From Rhizodiscina lignyota (lineage: Eukaryota): 64,000 nucleotides of DNA. The position numbers and the translations under genes were made by a program. Under the pieces are notes generated by a model, which was not told the DNA's origin, made no database searches, and saw nothing but the letters and a program-made list of their open reading frames with translations. Shown in pieces: positions 24,297 through 35,583 of this stretch (position 1 is its first letter; the number at the start of each line of letters is the position of its first letter). The stretch spans positions 1,612,001-1,676,000 of the forward strand of contig ML978125.1 of assembly GCA_010015805.1 (NCBI GenBank). The letters run 5' to 3'.

Positions 24297-25737
24297 CGTG
24301 GAGGTTTGACGGAGAGGTCTCGTGTTGACAGAGTATTCGACCATTTGACATGGACTGCATCCACCTCAGGTTGGTTGGCGTGAAGGCCGGGCGCTGCGGT
24401 GAGAAAGATTCCGGTCGATGTTGGTAAGTTCTCATTCGCCAGAACTCAGGGCTTCGAAGCGAGCGGAGCAGAATAGGTGAGCATGAAGGAGCTGTTGGAG
24501 GATCACAAGCGACAGAAGCCGTTGAGATCAAACGATCCGGAAGAGTGTCAATTTTGGTGAGGCCGCTTAACTCCTCGCCAACTTTCCGACAGAACTTGGA
24601 GAGGTACTGGCTGATCATTCAGGCCAGGCACCTCCACGTCAAGTCGGTGTGGCGTTTGACCGATGTTCATGCATTCAGAACGGCAAATACATCAGGTGAT
24701 GGAATGAATTGTTGTAAAAGGGTATCATAGGTTGTAACGTTGTAGTTCAACTCAACGTCGCCCCAGGTGATTGCAAGGGACGGCAACACGCGCCCTCTGC
24801 TGCGAGCGATCAAAGGCACGTTCGGAGCAGCCGACAGGTGTTGGCTTTTGTGGTGACCAATGGGCGCGCGATATAAGTCGTTCAGAGGCCGTGGTGTTTT
24901 TTGACGTCGTCGATTGACAAGAGCAGCAAAATGCGACGCCTCTGTAGGCCAGCTGGCACTTGACCTTGCATCTTAATTGAACTCAATGCATCGTACCTTG
25001 AATACATTGAAGCTCGAATGCCGAGGTCAGCCAGGCTGACCGTGCAGGGTGGCAGTGTGAGTGAGATTGTCCCAAAGCCTGGAGTCGCGAGCACCAGTAA
25101 GCATATGGAACGCGCATGGTATTTGATACTCGAGTTGGGAGTGGACATACCTCAAGAACGAAGCGGCTTCTCAAGTGCGACTCGAATTACAACGTGTTGT
25201 GTTGTGACGCGTTAACAAAACCACCTAGACGAGGCAATCCCAAGTCACGCGCAGTGAAGCGGTAACTTGAGAGAGTGTCATAAGTTGAGAAGGGAAAGGA
25301 CAAGGCCACTCCACTTGCGAAGGGAGCAAGGGCAAGTTGAGGGTGTCAGATTTTGACGTTGAGCAGAGCTAAAGAGAAAGAAGGAAGAAGAGGGAGGAGG
25401 TGGAAGTTTAAATAGGCAGCCGCAGAAGAGCGCGTCACCATGATGACGGCGGCAAGGCAGGTGTTAACACAACACTGGAGGTAATCGCAATTTTAACTTT
25501 GAATTGCGTGATGAGGTCATTGTTTCGTGAGGTTCCCTAGGTCACCATCGCAAGCTGAGGGAGTGACTCCCAAACCTCTGCCAGAAGGAGCAACATCGAG
25601 TGAAAGAGGGGTGAAGATGAGCGGATAGTGATCACACCGTAATGAGTTTTTACACTAGGCATTTAAGATTGCCCAGATAGAGCGCTGAATAAGAAGATAG
25701 ATCATATCGAAATGTGATACTTGTCACTCCGTCGCCC

Positions 25738-28593
25738 TCACCACTCAGCCCCATCCTCTCCGACCTTAAACAGCCCATTCTTCTTCCTCTCAGCCGCCCA
25801 CCGCTCCACCCAACTCCTCATCTTCTCCCTACTCCTCGCACTCCCGACATTCACCGTTGGTACCACCTTATCAATCCTCAACGCGCAGCAAAACATCGTC
25901 AGCTCCCTAAAGCTACTATGTTCACTATACGGCACGCCAAAGCAGCTTGCGCGATTTGTGCTTCCACGCTGCGGCACAAGCTCACGCATCGAGTATGTGG
26001 ACTTCCAATTCTGTCCTCGTAGGACGTTGGATACTGCGGGAGACTCGACGAAGCGGCTGTTCGGAGGGCGGTAGTTCCACCCGGTGGGTCTGAAGCCGAC
26101 GGCGCGGGAGAAGGTATCGCGGAAATCTTTGAGGTAGTCATCAAGAGTGTCGGGGCGGATTTCAAAGAGTGGCGTCATATGCACTTGTGCCTCGCGTGGG
26201 TTGCTTGTCAATCTGGCGTTGAGCTCGGGGTCTTCGAGACACGCGCAGATGCGCATCTTTGTCGATGGTGCATATATTTTACTGTCAAGGGCCTTAGCAA
26301 TACCTAGGCAGACGCGCTCTTTGCCGATACTGTATGTTCCAACGACAACAAGAAGTCGTCCACGAGGCTTGGTTGGTCCGCTGGGTATGCTCATTGCATC
26401 CAGCGTGGAAGCATCTGGTTTGTGGTCGATGTTTTCGTCATCGTCTGCTTCATCTTTGATCTGTAGCTCTTTCTGCACGAACTTGATCATGCCAGCGCCC
26501 GCTCTATCGCGCTTCATTTGCTCCCAGCCATCGGACTCATCAGCACGCACCTTGTTGAGACTGACGCACATGTCGCCACAAGCCTTGATGACTTCTTCCT
26601 GGCTTGGGAATGCATACTTTGGATTTAAGTATGTAGTGTCCAAATAGCATATGTCAATCTTCTGCTGCTTTGTCTGCCCTGTGATGCTATCGACCACATC
26701 AGGCTTGAGCAATGGATGCTCGACGTGCGCTCGGCAAGCGCGAAAGTCTCCACAGTGCAGGATGCGTTGCACCTTAGGGTTCTTTCCTTTGCCGATCACT
26801 TTCTCGAAGAGAAAAAGAGAGCTGCCAGGGCAGTGATTGGCCGGAATCATAGTGACGAAGACACCTTGAGTACCTGGTACCTCCGTCTTCTTCTCAAACT
26901 CAAGGTCCACGACGTGCTTTGGATCCACGCGAAGCTGCGTTCGGACGAGATTCGCTGTAACTCGGCTGCAGAAGATCGGACCATGACTCCAGTTCGCAGT
27001 AAGTCCGATATAATGATCGCTATGGAAATGGCTGAGAAAGTACGCGTTGCAGTCCTTGACGTCTCCATACCGGAATGCATCAACGCATATGGACATACCA
27101 GGCATGATTTTGTAGAATGGACAAGTTCGCTGAAATGCTGGTTTTCCACGGGATGCATTCTCCGCCGCTGCAGCACTTGCCCAAGCAATATCCTCTGCGT
27201 GGTTGGACATGAGTTTCGAGAATGCTGATGCGGGAGCGGAACCCGGTGTGCCGTCCAGAACGATGGGATTCTCCTGGCCAGGCTTCGGAGGCTTTCGCTG
27301 GAACCTAGGGATTGCCTTTTCAAGCTTGATCTCCCCTTTCGCAGACTGAGGCTTGGGCCATTCTGGCAAAGGCGAGGGATTCCCGTCAAGGCAGTTGTTG
27401 ACGTGTACAGATGCGTCCTGATCGGAAATTCCTTTCAAGCTTGCACTGCATATGGGGCATGCGGGTGCATCGTCCTTTGGTGTATGAGGGCCCCACTCCT
27501 GTTCACCCAGTCGAAGTAGTTCTTCATCTGGGAAATCGTCAAATCCGCCTGTGTCACCTTCAAAGCCTGCCTCTGCCATCTCCAGCCTCCTTTGCTCAGC
27601 CATGTATCGCCGTTCTTGATATTCTTCGCCTTCCAATTCTTCATCGTCGAAATCAATCATGCCCTCGAATTCTTCAAAGTCGCCCACATTCGAGTCATTC
27701 GTTGTTGGGCGGTTGAGCTGTGGAAGTTCAGGAACGCCCTCATCCGTATGTGTCTCCGTAATAGTCGTGATCTCAGAAGCGGTCCGGTGTGGAGCACTTG
27801 GTGCTGCCTGGATTTTCTCATCTTTCCTCGCTGATGCCCGCCGTCTTGGAAATGAGGTCTCGTCCACATCACTATCCGAATCCTCTGCGAACGGTCCAGA
27901 CTTCTGTCGCCCACTAGTTTTGCTCGAACTATAACTTGGTGTTGGAGCATCTGCATCTGCTTCCGCTATCTCTTCAGAGTCTATAGGAGGAGGAGGTGGT
28001 GTACATTCCGTGGGAGCAATAGTATCCCCGTTGGAACGCAAACTTGAGATATCCCCACTCACTTTCCTCCTTTTGACTGACTCCCCATTTTCATGATATC
28101 TGTCTCCATTCAATTCGTTGTGGAGCCTCCGTGCATACGCCTCCTGAGCCTGGTCATCAGGCGCCGCGTACAAATCCATATCATCATCAGCATCCCCCGA
28201 GATCGCCTCCACATTTACGGTACTCTTTTCCACTCCCTTGGAGCCATTCTGGATATTGTCATCCACAAATAATCCTTGCTCCTCCTTCTTGAAGAAGCTC
28301 AGAATACTTCCATTTGGCCTCTGCTTGCCCGGTGTCTTTGCGGAGCCACTACTATTCCCACTCGTCGCTCCCAGTGTCTTCTTCGCAGGCGTAGCCTTGC
28401 CGTTCGATCCTTTGCCACCCGGCCGCACCATCTTCGTCGCCATTGAGAATCTTTCTACTGGTCTGCCGCTCTTCACATCTCGCGCAAGAGCTAGCGTTTC
28501 GGGAGACTTAGGTGGCGAAGGTGGTCGGCCGATGGAAGGTGGAAGTCGCTCTTGTGAGGTCCGACTGATATTCTCACGAGGGTTGCGGAACAT
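25738..28593 (-). CDS. PSO2: DNA interstrand cross-link repair nuclease Pso2/Snm1 (metallo-beta-lactamase/beta-CASP, UBZ finger)
   Basis: YFLSHFHSDHYIGL, ANHCPGS, LHCGDFR, YLDTTY, GTYSIGKER and VPYSEHSSF; zinc finger CPIC...HVNNCLD. True start may be ATG ~28443. Confidence 0.94.
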   Translation of the reverse strand: MFRNPRENISRTSQERLPPSIGRPPSPPKSPETLALARDVKSGRPVERFSMATKMVRPGGKGSNGKATPAKKTLGATSGNSSGSAKTPGKQRPNGSILSFFKKEEQGLFVDDNIQNGSKGVEKSTVNVEAISGDADDDMDLYAAPDDQAQEAYARRLHNELNGDRYHENGESVKRRKVSGDISSLRSNGDTIAPTECTPPPPPIDSEEIAEADADAPTPSYSSSKTSGRQKSGPFAEDSDSDVDETSFPRRRASARKDEKIQAAPSAPHRTASEITTITETHTDEGVPELPQLNRPTTNDSNVGDFEEFEGMIDFDDEELEGEEYQERRYMAEQRRLEMAEAGFEGDTGGFDDFPDEELLRLGEQEWGPHTPKDDAPACPICSASLKGISDQDASVHVNNCLDGNPSPLPEWPKPQSAKGEIKLEKAIPRFQRKPPKPGQENPIVLDGTPGSAPASAFSKLMSNHAEDIAWASAAAAENASRGKPAFQRTCPFYKIMPGMSICVDAFRYGDVKDCNAYFLSHFHSDHYIGLTANWSHGPIFCSRVTANLVRTQLRVDPKHVVDLEFEKKTEVPGTQGVFVTMIPANHCPGSSLFLFEKVIGKGKNPKVQRILHCGDFRACRAHVEHPLLKPDVVDSITGQTKQQKIDICYLDTTYLNPKYAFPSQEEVIKACGDMCVSLNKVRADESDGWEQMKRDRAGAGMIKFVQKELQIKDEADDDENIDHKPDASTLDAMSIPSGPTKPRGRLLVVVGTYSIGKERVCLGIAKALDSKIYAPSTKMRICACLEDPELNARLTSNPREAQVHMTPLFEIRPDTLDDYLKDFRDTFSRAVGFRPTGWNYRPPNSRFVESPAVSNVLRGQNWKSTYSMRELVPQRGSTNRASCFGVPYSEHSSFRELTMFCCALRIDKVVPTVNVGSARSREKMRSWVERWAAERKKNGLFKVGEDGAEW

Positions 28594-28726
28594 TTAGAGG
28601 CGCGTTTGGGAATATTCCACCTTCAAGGAGAGGTAGACCGAGAGTGGGGCATGTTCAAGACAGAAAGCGTGACCAGGCGTCTATTTCGTGAGTCGATGAT
28701 GCCAATGGCAAGTTCCGTCGCGCGGG

Positions 28727-28732
28727 ACGCGT
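28727..28732. promoter_or_regulatory. Possible MCB (MluI cell-cycle box, ACGCGT) upstream of PSO2
   Basis: ACGCGT with adjacent CGCG elements ~135 bp upstream of the first ATG. MBF sites are typical of fungal DNA repair genes, but a 6-mer can occur by chance. Confidence 0.35.
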
Positions 28733-28955
28733 ACAGACATGTCTAGAATCGCGACTTCAAGAGTACAAACGTACTGAATTACGCGGCCTATCATAGCTGT
28801 AATTCTAAGCAATAGCATTCCGAACTTGAATGTGCCATTGAATTTCATGTTTGATCTCCACACCATTTTAAAGACGAGTTCCTAGAACGCCTGTGTTTCC
28901 AAGAGTACCGGCCTACTCCAATAGTAATTCAAATATAAGAATCCACAGTCGTTTA

Positions 28956-30244
28956 TCACTTCCTTGCACGTAACGTCCGTCCCCCAGCGCCTGCTGCTAC
29001 TGCCTCCTTTTTGGCAGCTGCAGCTTTTCTTCCAGCAGCCGCCATACCCGCGACTCTGCCCACAATTCCCTTTCTAGCTGCAGGAGCTGCCGCTTTCTTC
29101 ACTATTGTCGTTCCAGCACTCGTATTTGATGTATTACTCGAGTTACTAGCAGTTCGGTTACGCGTCGCCCTCGGTGCTGGAACCGGCGGTGGCGGCATGT
29201 TAGTCTTTGTCGACGCAGCAACCTTTTTACCGCGCAAGGATCCAGTGGTAGCGGTCGATGCGGTCGAGGCTGCCGTAGGCGGCCTAGTGATATTGCGACC
29301 AGCAGCTCTGGTATTGGTTGTAGAGCTATGAACCATACCAGCAAGAGTGGCTGTTGCGTTGGAGACGGCCGGCGGAGGCTTGAGAGGTGATGCGGGACGC
29401 GCAAGATATGATTTCTGAGGTGACGATAGGCCTGAGGAGGATGATGACTGCTGGCCTTTGATGGGTGATCGAGGGAGTGTGCGCGAGTTGTGTGATTTCG
29501 GAGATAGGATTTGAGATGGATCGACTTTGCGTGATGCACCACGAGGGAGGCGGGCTGTTGCATTCGATGCATGAGCGCTGCCTGCGGCAGTTTTCGTTCG
29601 CTTTTTAGGTAGGTCAAGATCCTCGTGGACATCTGCATTCTCCTTGTCTGAGTGGGTGGAAATCTCGTGGCTGCGTCATGTCAGTCACCAAAGTTTGCAG
29701 GCTTAAATAATGTCTTACCTAGAGCGCTTTGTTCCTCTAAGTCTCGTTGGAGCGCTTGCCAGAGGAACTTGTTGTTTTGGCGGCGAGCGTGGTTTTGCAA
29801 CTGTGAGCTTAGGAACAATTGTTGCAGTGGACACAGCGCTCTTTGACGTTGTCTGCTGCTCAGAGTATTTGTTGATAAGTTCCTCGATGTTCGTAGACCG
29901 AAGTGATTGAGGAATCCTGTTTATTCGCATTTCCAGGCGTGATCGAAGGCCTTGCGCGTGTAATGCGTACACAGCTCGAAGCTTGCGCGCTCGCTCAGTA
30001 ACTTCGAGGATTAGCACCAGTAGAGCGTAATATGTCCAGCGCACATACTTTCTAGTTGCAAATTATCAATCAGGGCTTGCTTTTGAGCCCCAGTGATCAT
30101 CGGCTTTTGCTTGGAAGGGCTCCTCTCAGGCGTCGCGGCGGGTTGTACGGTTTCTGGCGCGAAGGTGATGGACTGGCCAGCTGTAGTCGCGTCCGCGGTG
30201 GAGGCTTCGCCAGACTTTTGCTTTCGCGTTCTTTGAGGAGCCAT
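28956..30244 (-). CDS. Borealin/Nbl1 N-terminal domain protein (chromosomal passenger complex subunit-like)
   Basis: QKQALIDNLQLE|VTERARKLRAVYALHAQGLRSRLEMRINRIPQSLR across an intron; second intron near 29718; basic low-complexity tail ending GRTLRARK. Confidence 0.8.
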
Positions 30245-30622
30245 GATGTAGATATGCTGGTCGTAGAGCGCCACCTGCAATGAGCCGGACCGATGGTAGA
30301 CAAGCTCGCGCTTCGATTTGAGATTTCGATTGTGCATTATGGAAAACAGTAAACAATGATGCGCGATGCGGGACGCAGCTCGCAGCAACTTCGGATGTAG
30401 CCGGCAGATCCCCGGGTTAAATCGCGTCGTCATTGGCTAGACGCCTTGTGGCTCTAGCTTGCCGTCGACCTCACTTTCACAAGAGCACCACCATCTTCCA
30501 CACCACACAACTTCTGTTTTCCTCCTGCTTCCGCTTCCAGACTTCTTCATACAGCTCTTCTTAGCTCTGCCTGCCTTCCTATCTAAGCTTCACCTGACTC
30601 GAACCGATTAACATCAACCAAG

Positions 30623-31648
30623 ATGGGGCTTGAGGCGACTATGATCGTGTGCGTAGCTATATCCGAAGCTTAATCTGTCTGAATACATGCTAATATCTCT
30701 TTAGGGTGGACAATAGTGAGAGCAGTAGGAACGGCGACTATGTGTATGCCCTAACTTAGTGCCTTTGGCGGCGAACTTTGTCCTAACATGTCCAGGCCTT
30801 CACGGTTCGAGGCGCAAGCGGACGCCGTCAACCTGATCTACACCGCAAAGACACAAGCAAATCCCGAATCCTCTGTCGGTCTCATGAGCATGGGCGGCGC
30901 CGGTCCTGAAGTTCTCACGACGCTTACGACGGAGATGGGCAAAATCCTCGACGGCATCCACCGCACGAAGATACGCGGCACCTCGCACTTCTCCACCGGC
31001 ATCAACATCGCCGCTCTCGCCCTCAAGCACAGACAAAACAAGTCGCAGCGCCAACGCATTATTGTGTTCACGTGTAGTCCGATCGCGGAGGACGAGAAGA
31101 GCCTTGTCAAGCTGGCGAGCAGGATGAAGAAGAACAACATCTCCATTGATGTCATTGCATTCGGCGATCTGAGCGATGAGAATATCAAGAAGTTGGAGGC
31201 TTTCCATGAGAAGGTCAAGGGCGGTGATGGGAGCCACCTCGCAGTCATACCACCTGGCCCTAACTTGCTGTCGGATAACATCGTCACGACGCCGATATTA
31301 CAAGGTGAGGGAATGGGCGGTGCAGGTGGCATGGGTGGTGCTGGAGAAGGAGGCGAATCTGGTGGATCCGGTGGATTCGAGTTTGGCGTTGACCCATCGA
31401 TGGATCCAGAGTTGGCGCTTGCACTGAGGATGTCCTACGAAGAAGAGAAAGCGCGACAGGAGCGAGAAAAGAAGGCCAAAGAGGAGGCAGAAGGCAAGAC
31501 GAACCTTGAGGGTATCAAGGAGGAGGATGAGAAGCAGCCGTTGCTGGAAAATGGGGAACCAAGTGGTAGCGGCGAGGCAAGCGGAAGCAAAGAGGAGAGT
31601 AAGACAGATGATAAGAAAGACGACGCAGACAAGATGGACACGGCATAG
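30623..31648 (+). CDS. RPN10: 26S proteasome regulatory subunit Rpn10 (vWA + UIM)
   Basis: MGLEATMIV|VDNSESSRNGDY|.PSRFEAQ across two short introns; LALKHRQNKSQRQRII; UIM VDPSMDPELALALRMS. Confidence 0.95.
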
Positions 31649-31874
31649 GGCTTGTTGTACAAATAGCGTGAGCTTGCATTTGGCTGGCTAGCCATCGGCG
31701 TCAGGGACCGATAGATATCATGGAGCGAAATGGAAGCTTCGTTGAGATTTGATGCCGAATTTATTCCATAAAATCATGACGGGTATATTGACTCCAGTGA
31801 ATCATCCATGCTCTTGTTCTCACGCTTGATGGATGAGGACTACCGTTTCGTAATTTATTTATTTTACACTTTCT

Positions 31875-32517
31875 CTACGCCCTCGCAATGACTCTCAGAT
31901 AACCATCCAGTCCTCTGTCAAACTTCTCGCATCGTATCGGCATCTCTACCGTGTAGAAAGGATTCTTCATCACATAGTCTGCATATAACTCGTATATCCG
32001 CCGCAGCATGACATCGATATTTGGCTGTGGTGGGTCGGTGAGGAGCAGAAACTTGACCCCTGTAGCTGTCTGGAAGCAAGTCAGGCGGAAGTGGGTTGAC
32101 TCGAGGACTTCAAGACCAGTTGGTCTGACGGGGACGTCGGTGGGGGCAAAAGAGCCGTATGGGGGTCGAGGGAGTGGTGAGAGGGAGCGCGTTATGGCGT
32201 GGACTCTGAGCAAACGATACGTTAGTGTTTCAAGAAACGTTGAAAGGTTAATGAGGTAGAAGATAGACTTGTTCTTGTAGATCGCAGATTAAAATAATAT
32301 ATTATCCTGAGAGGGGAGAGAAATGAAGTCGGCGTACCCATGGAAAGTACCGGCGAGAATCAGCAAGTCATTGCTGTTCAACTTGTTCAATCCAGCGGAA
32401 AACTCGCGGTTGTAGATCAAACCACCAGCTTTATTTACCACGAGCAGCGCGAAAACAACCCTGGTGAAGTTAAATACATGTTTCCATATGGGCGGGGGTG
32501 ATGAGGGGCTCATACAT
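31875..32517 (-). CDS. TRS23: TRAPP complex subunit Trs23 (sybindin family)
   Basis: [49 protein letters not shown] and [14 protein letters not shown]; the ATG is split by intron 32515-32461. Confidence 0.92.
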
Positions 32518-32895
32518 GGTGGAAACACACCACCAGCCGTATAGATCACGAATTAATGATGAACCTCTGCATCCTCCTTGGAATTGCGGCGTGGACAGGC
32601 AGTGAGGTCCAGATCTCACAGTGCAGACGTGGTGGTGTGTGGTGCTGGGGATCTGCGGGTGATCTGCGGAGCTCAAGGTTGCCCAGAGGGTTGGGTTGGA
32701 GCTCTTCACTCACTCACCGGCCCCTCCATCACTTGACGCTTCAGCCTGCCTGAGCAGAGCCGCCTTGGGACCTTCACTCTTCACTTGCACCTCTCACACC
32801 CATAGCGGCTCTCTCACTTCGCTCATGCCTATCTTGTCCTCTTTCCACCGCCCACCCCAACTCAGCGTCCTCCTCAATTCACTTCAAACCTAGCC

Positions 32896-34403
32896 ATGGC
32901 GAACCAATCCATCATTCGAATCACTAGGGTATGTTCGCGGAGTTCAAGTTGTTTGCTACGCGTCGACTGTGTAAACACTAACGATGTTCAGGAGCTGCAT
33001 GATATGCAGAAAGGCTCAGACCTCTGTGCGTGTCCCCGCAATCCTGCTATTCTCCCCAGTTTTATTGTTAATAGATGATGGCATAGCAATCGCCGTTGCC
33101 TGCAAAGATTCCGACGTCCGCCATGTTCGAGCTCTCGTCATCGGACCTCCCGACACGCCCTACGAGTTCGGCTACTTCGAGTTCCAGATCAGATTCGGCA
33201 AAGACTATCCTACCAAGCCTCCCACAGTCACCGCCATGACCACCAATGGTGGTCGAACGCGCTTCAACCCTAACATATACGCTGGAGGGAAGGTGTGTCT
33301 GTCGATCTTGGGCACCTGGAGGGGAGAGCGAGGGGAGGAGTGGTCATCGGCGCAGGGTCTCGAGTCAATTCTTCTCTCGATACAAAGCTTGATGTCTGGA
33401 AATCCATACGAGAATGAACCCGGCTTCGAGGATGCCAATAGTGATGGGGACAAGCGTGCGCAGAAGGCATACATCGACAAGATTCGTCATGAGACTCTGC
33501 GGATCTCTGTCATCGAGCGACTGGAGGACTATCTGGGCATTAGTCGAAGACCTAAGATTGCTGTGTACAGTGCAGATAGCGACTACTCGAACGCTTTTGA
33601 CGCCCCGTTCGAGCCATTCATCGACAAGTGCAAGCGCCGCTTCCTCTGGTACTACGACTCGTATGCTCTCTCCATGGACAACGGACTGCGCATGCACAAG
33701 GATGGTGCTCACTTCGAGAAGATGCCTTTCGAAGGCCCCAGCAACAGCATGGATGGCACATTCATGTACTCAAACCTTAAGTCTCGCGTCCAAACGATCC
33801 ACGACAAGTTGAACGAGGAGACGTTGGCGTGGGCTGGGGAAGGACAAGTGGCAGTGCAGCAAGAGAAGAGCATATCGGTCAACCTCCAGCGACAGTTCGA
33901 GCAGATCGTCGAGGTGTACAAGAAAACCGATGCCCTGTCACTGGATCTCGAGCTCGTCGACAAGAATCCTTTTCTATGGCAGCTTATTCTTTACGGACGC
34001 CCGATGACACATCTTGACGGCGGCATCTTCAGGATCAAGATCTACCTCTCCCCGCGCTACCCTGCCGAGCAGCCTCGTGTCAAAGTCGAGACACCTCTCT
34101 TCCATCACCGTGTCTCCAGCAGCGGTGATCTCTGCTACCTCGTCACCTCGGACAATTGTGAGGACATGAAGATTCACGTCCAGGCAATTGTCGCGGCCAT
34201 TGAAGACGACCATCCCGCGTACGACCCACGTACGTTGGTGAATCCAGAGGCGAGCAAGCTACTCTGGGGCACTGCAGATGACAAGAAGATCTATAATCGA
34301 AAGCTTCGTAGGAGCGTCCAAGATAGCGCTGAGTACGTCGATGCTCTGCTGGATTTAATGCAATCGGCTAATATTCCCGTCCGTTGATTGTAGATTCCTC
34401 TGA
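32896..34403 (+). CDS. Ubiquitin-conjugating enzyme with two UBC-fold domains (N-terminal UBE2Z-like)
   Basis: MANQSIIRITR|ELHDMQK; GPPDTPYEFGYFEF, RFNPNIYAGGKVCLSILGTW and PYENEPGFE. Second domain GRPMTHLDGGIF...YPAEQPRVKVETPLFHHRVSSSGDLC. Last intron ~34333-34393. Confidence 0.9.
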
Positions 34404-35034
34404 CTTTCTTCGCTATCATGGCACGCTCTGTTACGACTGCTTTTGTATGGGATCCAAGACTTCGACTTTTCACTTCTCATGGCGCTCATATGGATTTTGC
34501 GTTAAAGGCCGCTGAGATACCCTGGAAATGGGGCTTCGATATCGCTGACTACACAGCGATGAATTTACTGGCGAGGAGTTTCGGCATGGCAAAACAGACT
34601 GTTAGCTTGCTTGCTTTTGTTTCAGTTTGCATGGCGACGGCGACGATGGCGGCACTTTGTTTTCTTTCCTTGCGATCAAGATTTTGTTTCTCGTCTGCCG
34701 CCCGCGGCTGCTCATACGAGATCCTCTTCTGCTAGTGATGCTGCCAACAGCGCAGCAGACTGTTCAGACGACTATAACAATGAGAATTTCTGCTCATTGC
34801 ATCTCCCTTTATTAACCACGAGAGGTCTCTTCATGCTCTGAAGAGAACGTTTGTGCGTGTAGAGGGCTTTAGCAGTGCTGATGCAATAATGACATATTCC
34901 CTTAGTGATCGCCACCCGTCCCGTCTCTAATCCTGTTTCTCATTACGATCCTCTACCTACTCATTTAGAGTCGCGTGCTGCAACTGTAAAGGAAAAAGCT
35001 ACGAGTTTTTCTTAACCAGACAAGTTATTCGGGC

Positions 35035-35583
35035 ATGCGACACGTCGCTTACTACGGCGTCAATCCCCCAAGGGACTTTGATACAGCTACCATGGGCAAA
35101 CATAGATCAAAAAGCTCCGGCGAAACCGCCAGACGGAAGCCAGTGACGGCATCTGAAGGAGGGGGACAGAATTCGCAGCGCTCTAGCGACACGTCGCAAT
35201 CATCGTCATCACCCAATGTTCTGAGCAGGAAATGGTATTCCATCGTCGCTCCTCACAAGCAAGATGCGCCAACAGCCGCAGCTGAACATCATGGAGCGCG
35301 TGACCGCGACGGGACAGGGCATTCAAGGCATACAAAACGTCGGAGCAGCAGCGCCCCTCCAAACGATGCGCAGAGACATTCTGCTCATAAAGGTAAGTGC
35401 GTGCTTGATCTATTGATTTCGTCAGCTAACCCGTTCTCAGCTCAACCTCAGCCAATTCTCAAGCAGCCGTACTCCGCCCAGAGGAGTGATCCGGGCGCTG
35501 AAAGACGTTCGAGAAGGTCGCCGAAGCAAGTCCATTTCGAAGACCAAGCCTTTCACCGGAGTCCACGCCGAACCACTGCTTGA
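35035..35583 (+). CDS. Small basic, disordered hypothetical protein
   Basis: 182-codon ORF containing a canonical in-frame 48-nt intron (35393-35440, GTAAGT..GCTAAC..CAG). Start may be ATG 35092. Confidence 0.5.
   Translation: MRHVAYYGVNPPRDFDTATMGKHRSKSSGETARRKPVTASEGGGQNSQRSSDTSQSSSSPNVLSRKWYSIVAPHKQDAPTAAAEHHGARDRDGTGHSRHTKRRSSSAPPNDAQRHSAHKGKCVLDLLISSANPFSAQPQPILKQPYSAQRSDPGAERRSRRSPKQVHFEDQAFHRSPRRTTA

Noticed and set aside
22000..25500. Telomerase RNA gene
   Set aside because: Size would fit, but I found no TAACCCTAA-type template on either strand.
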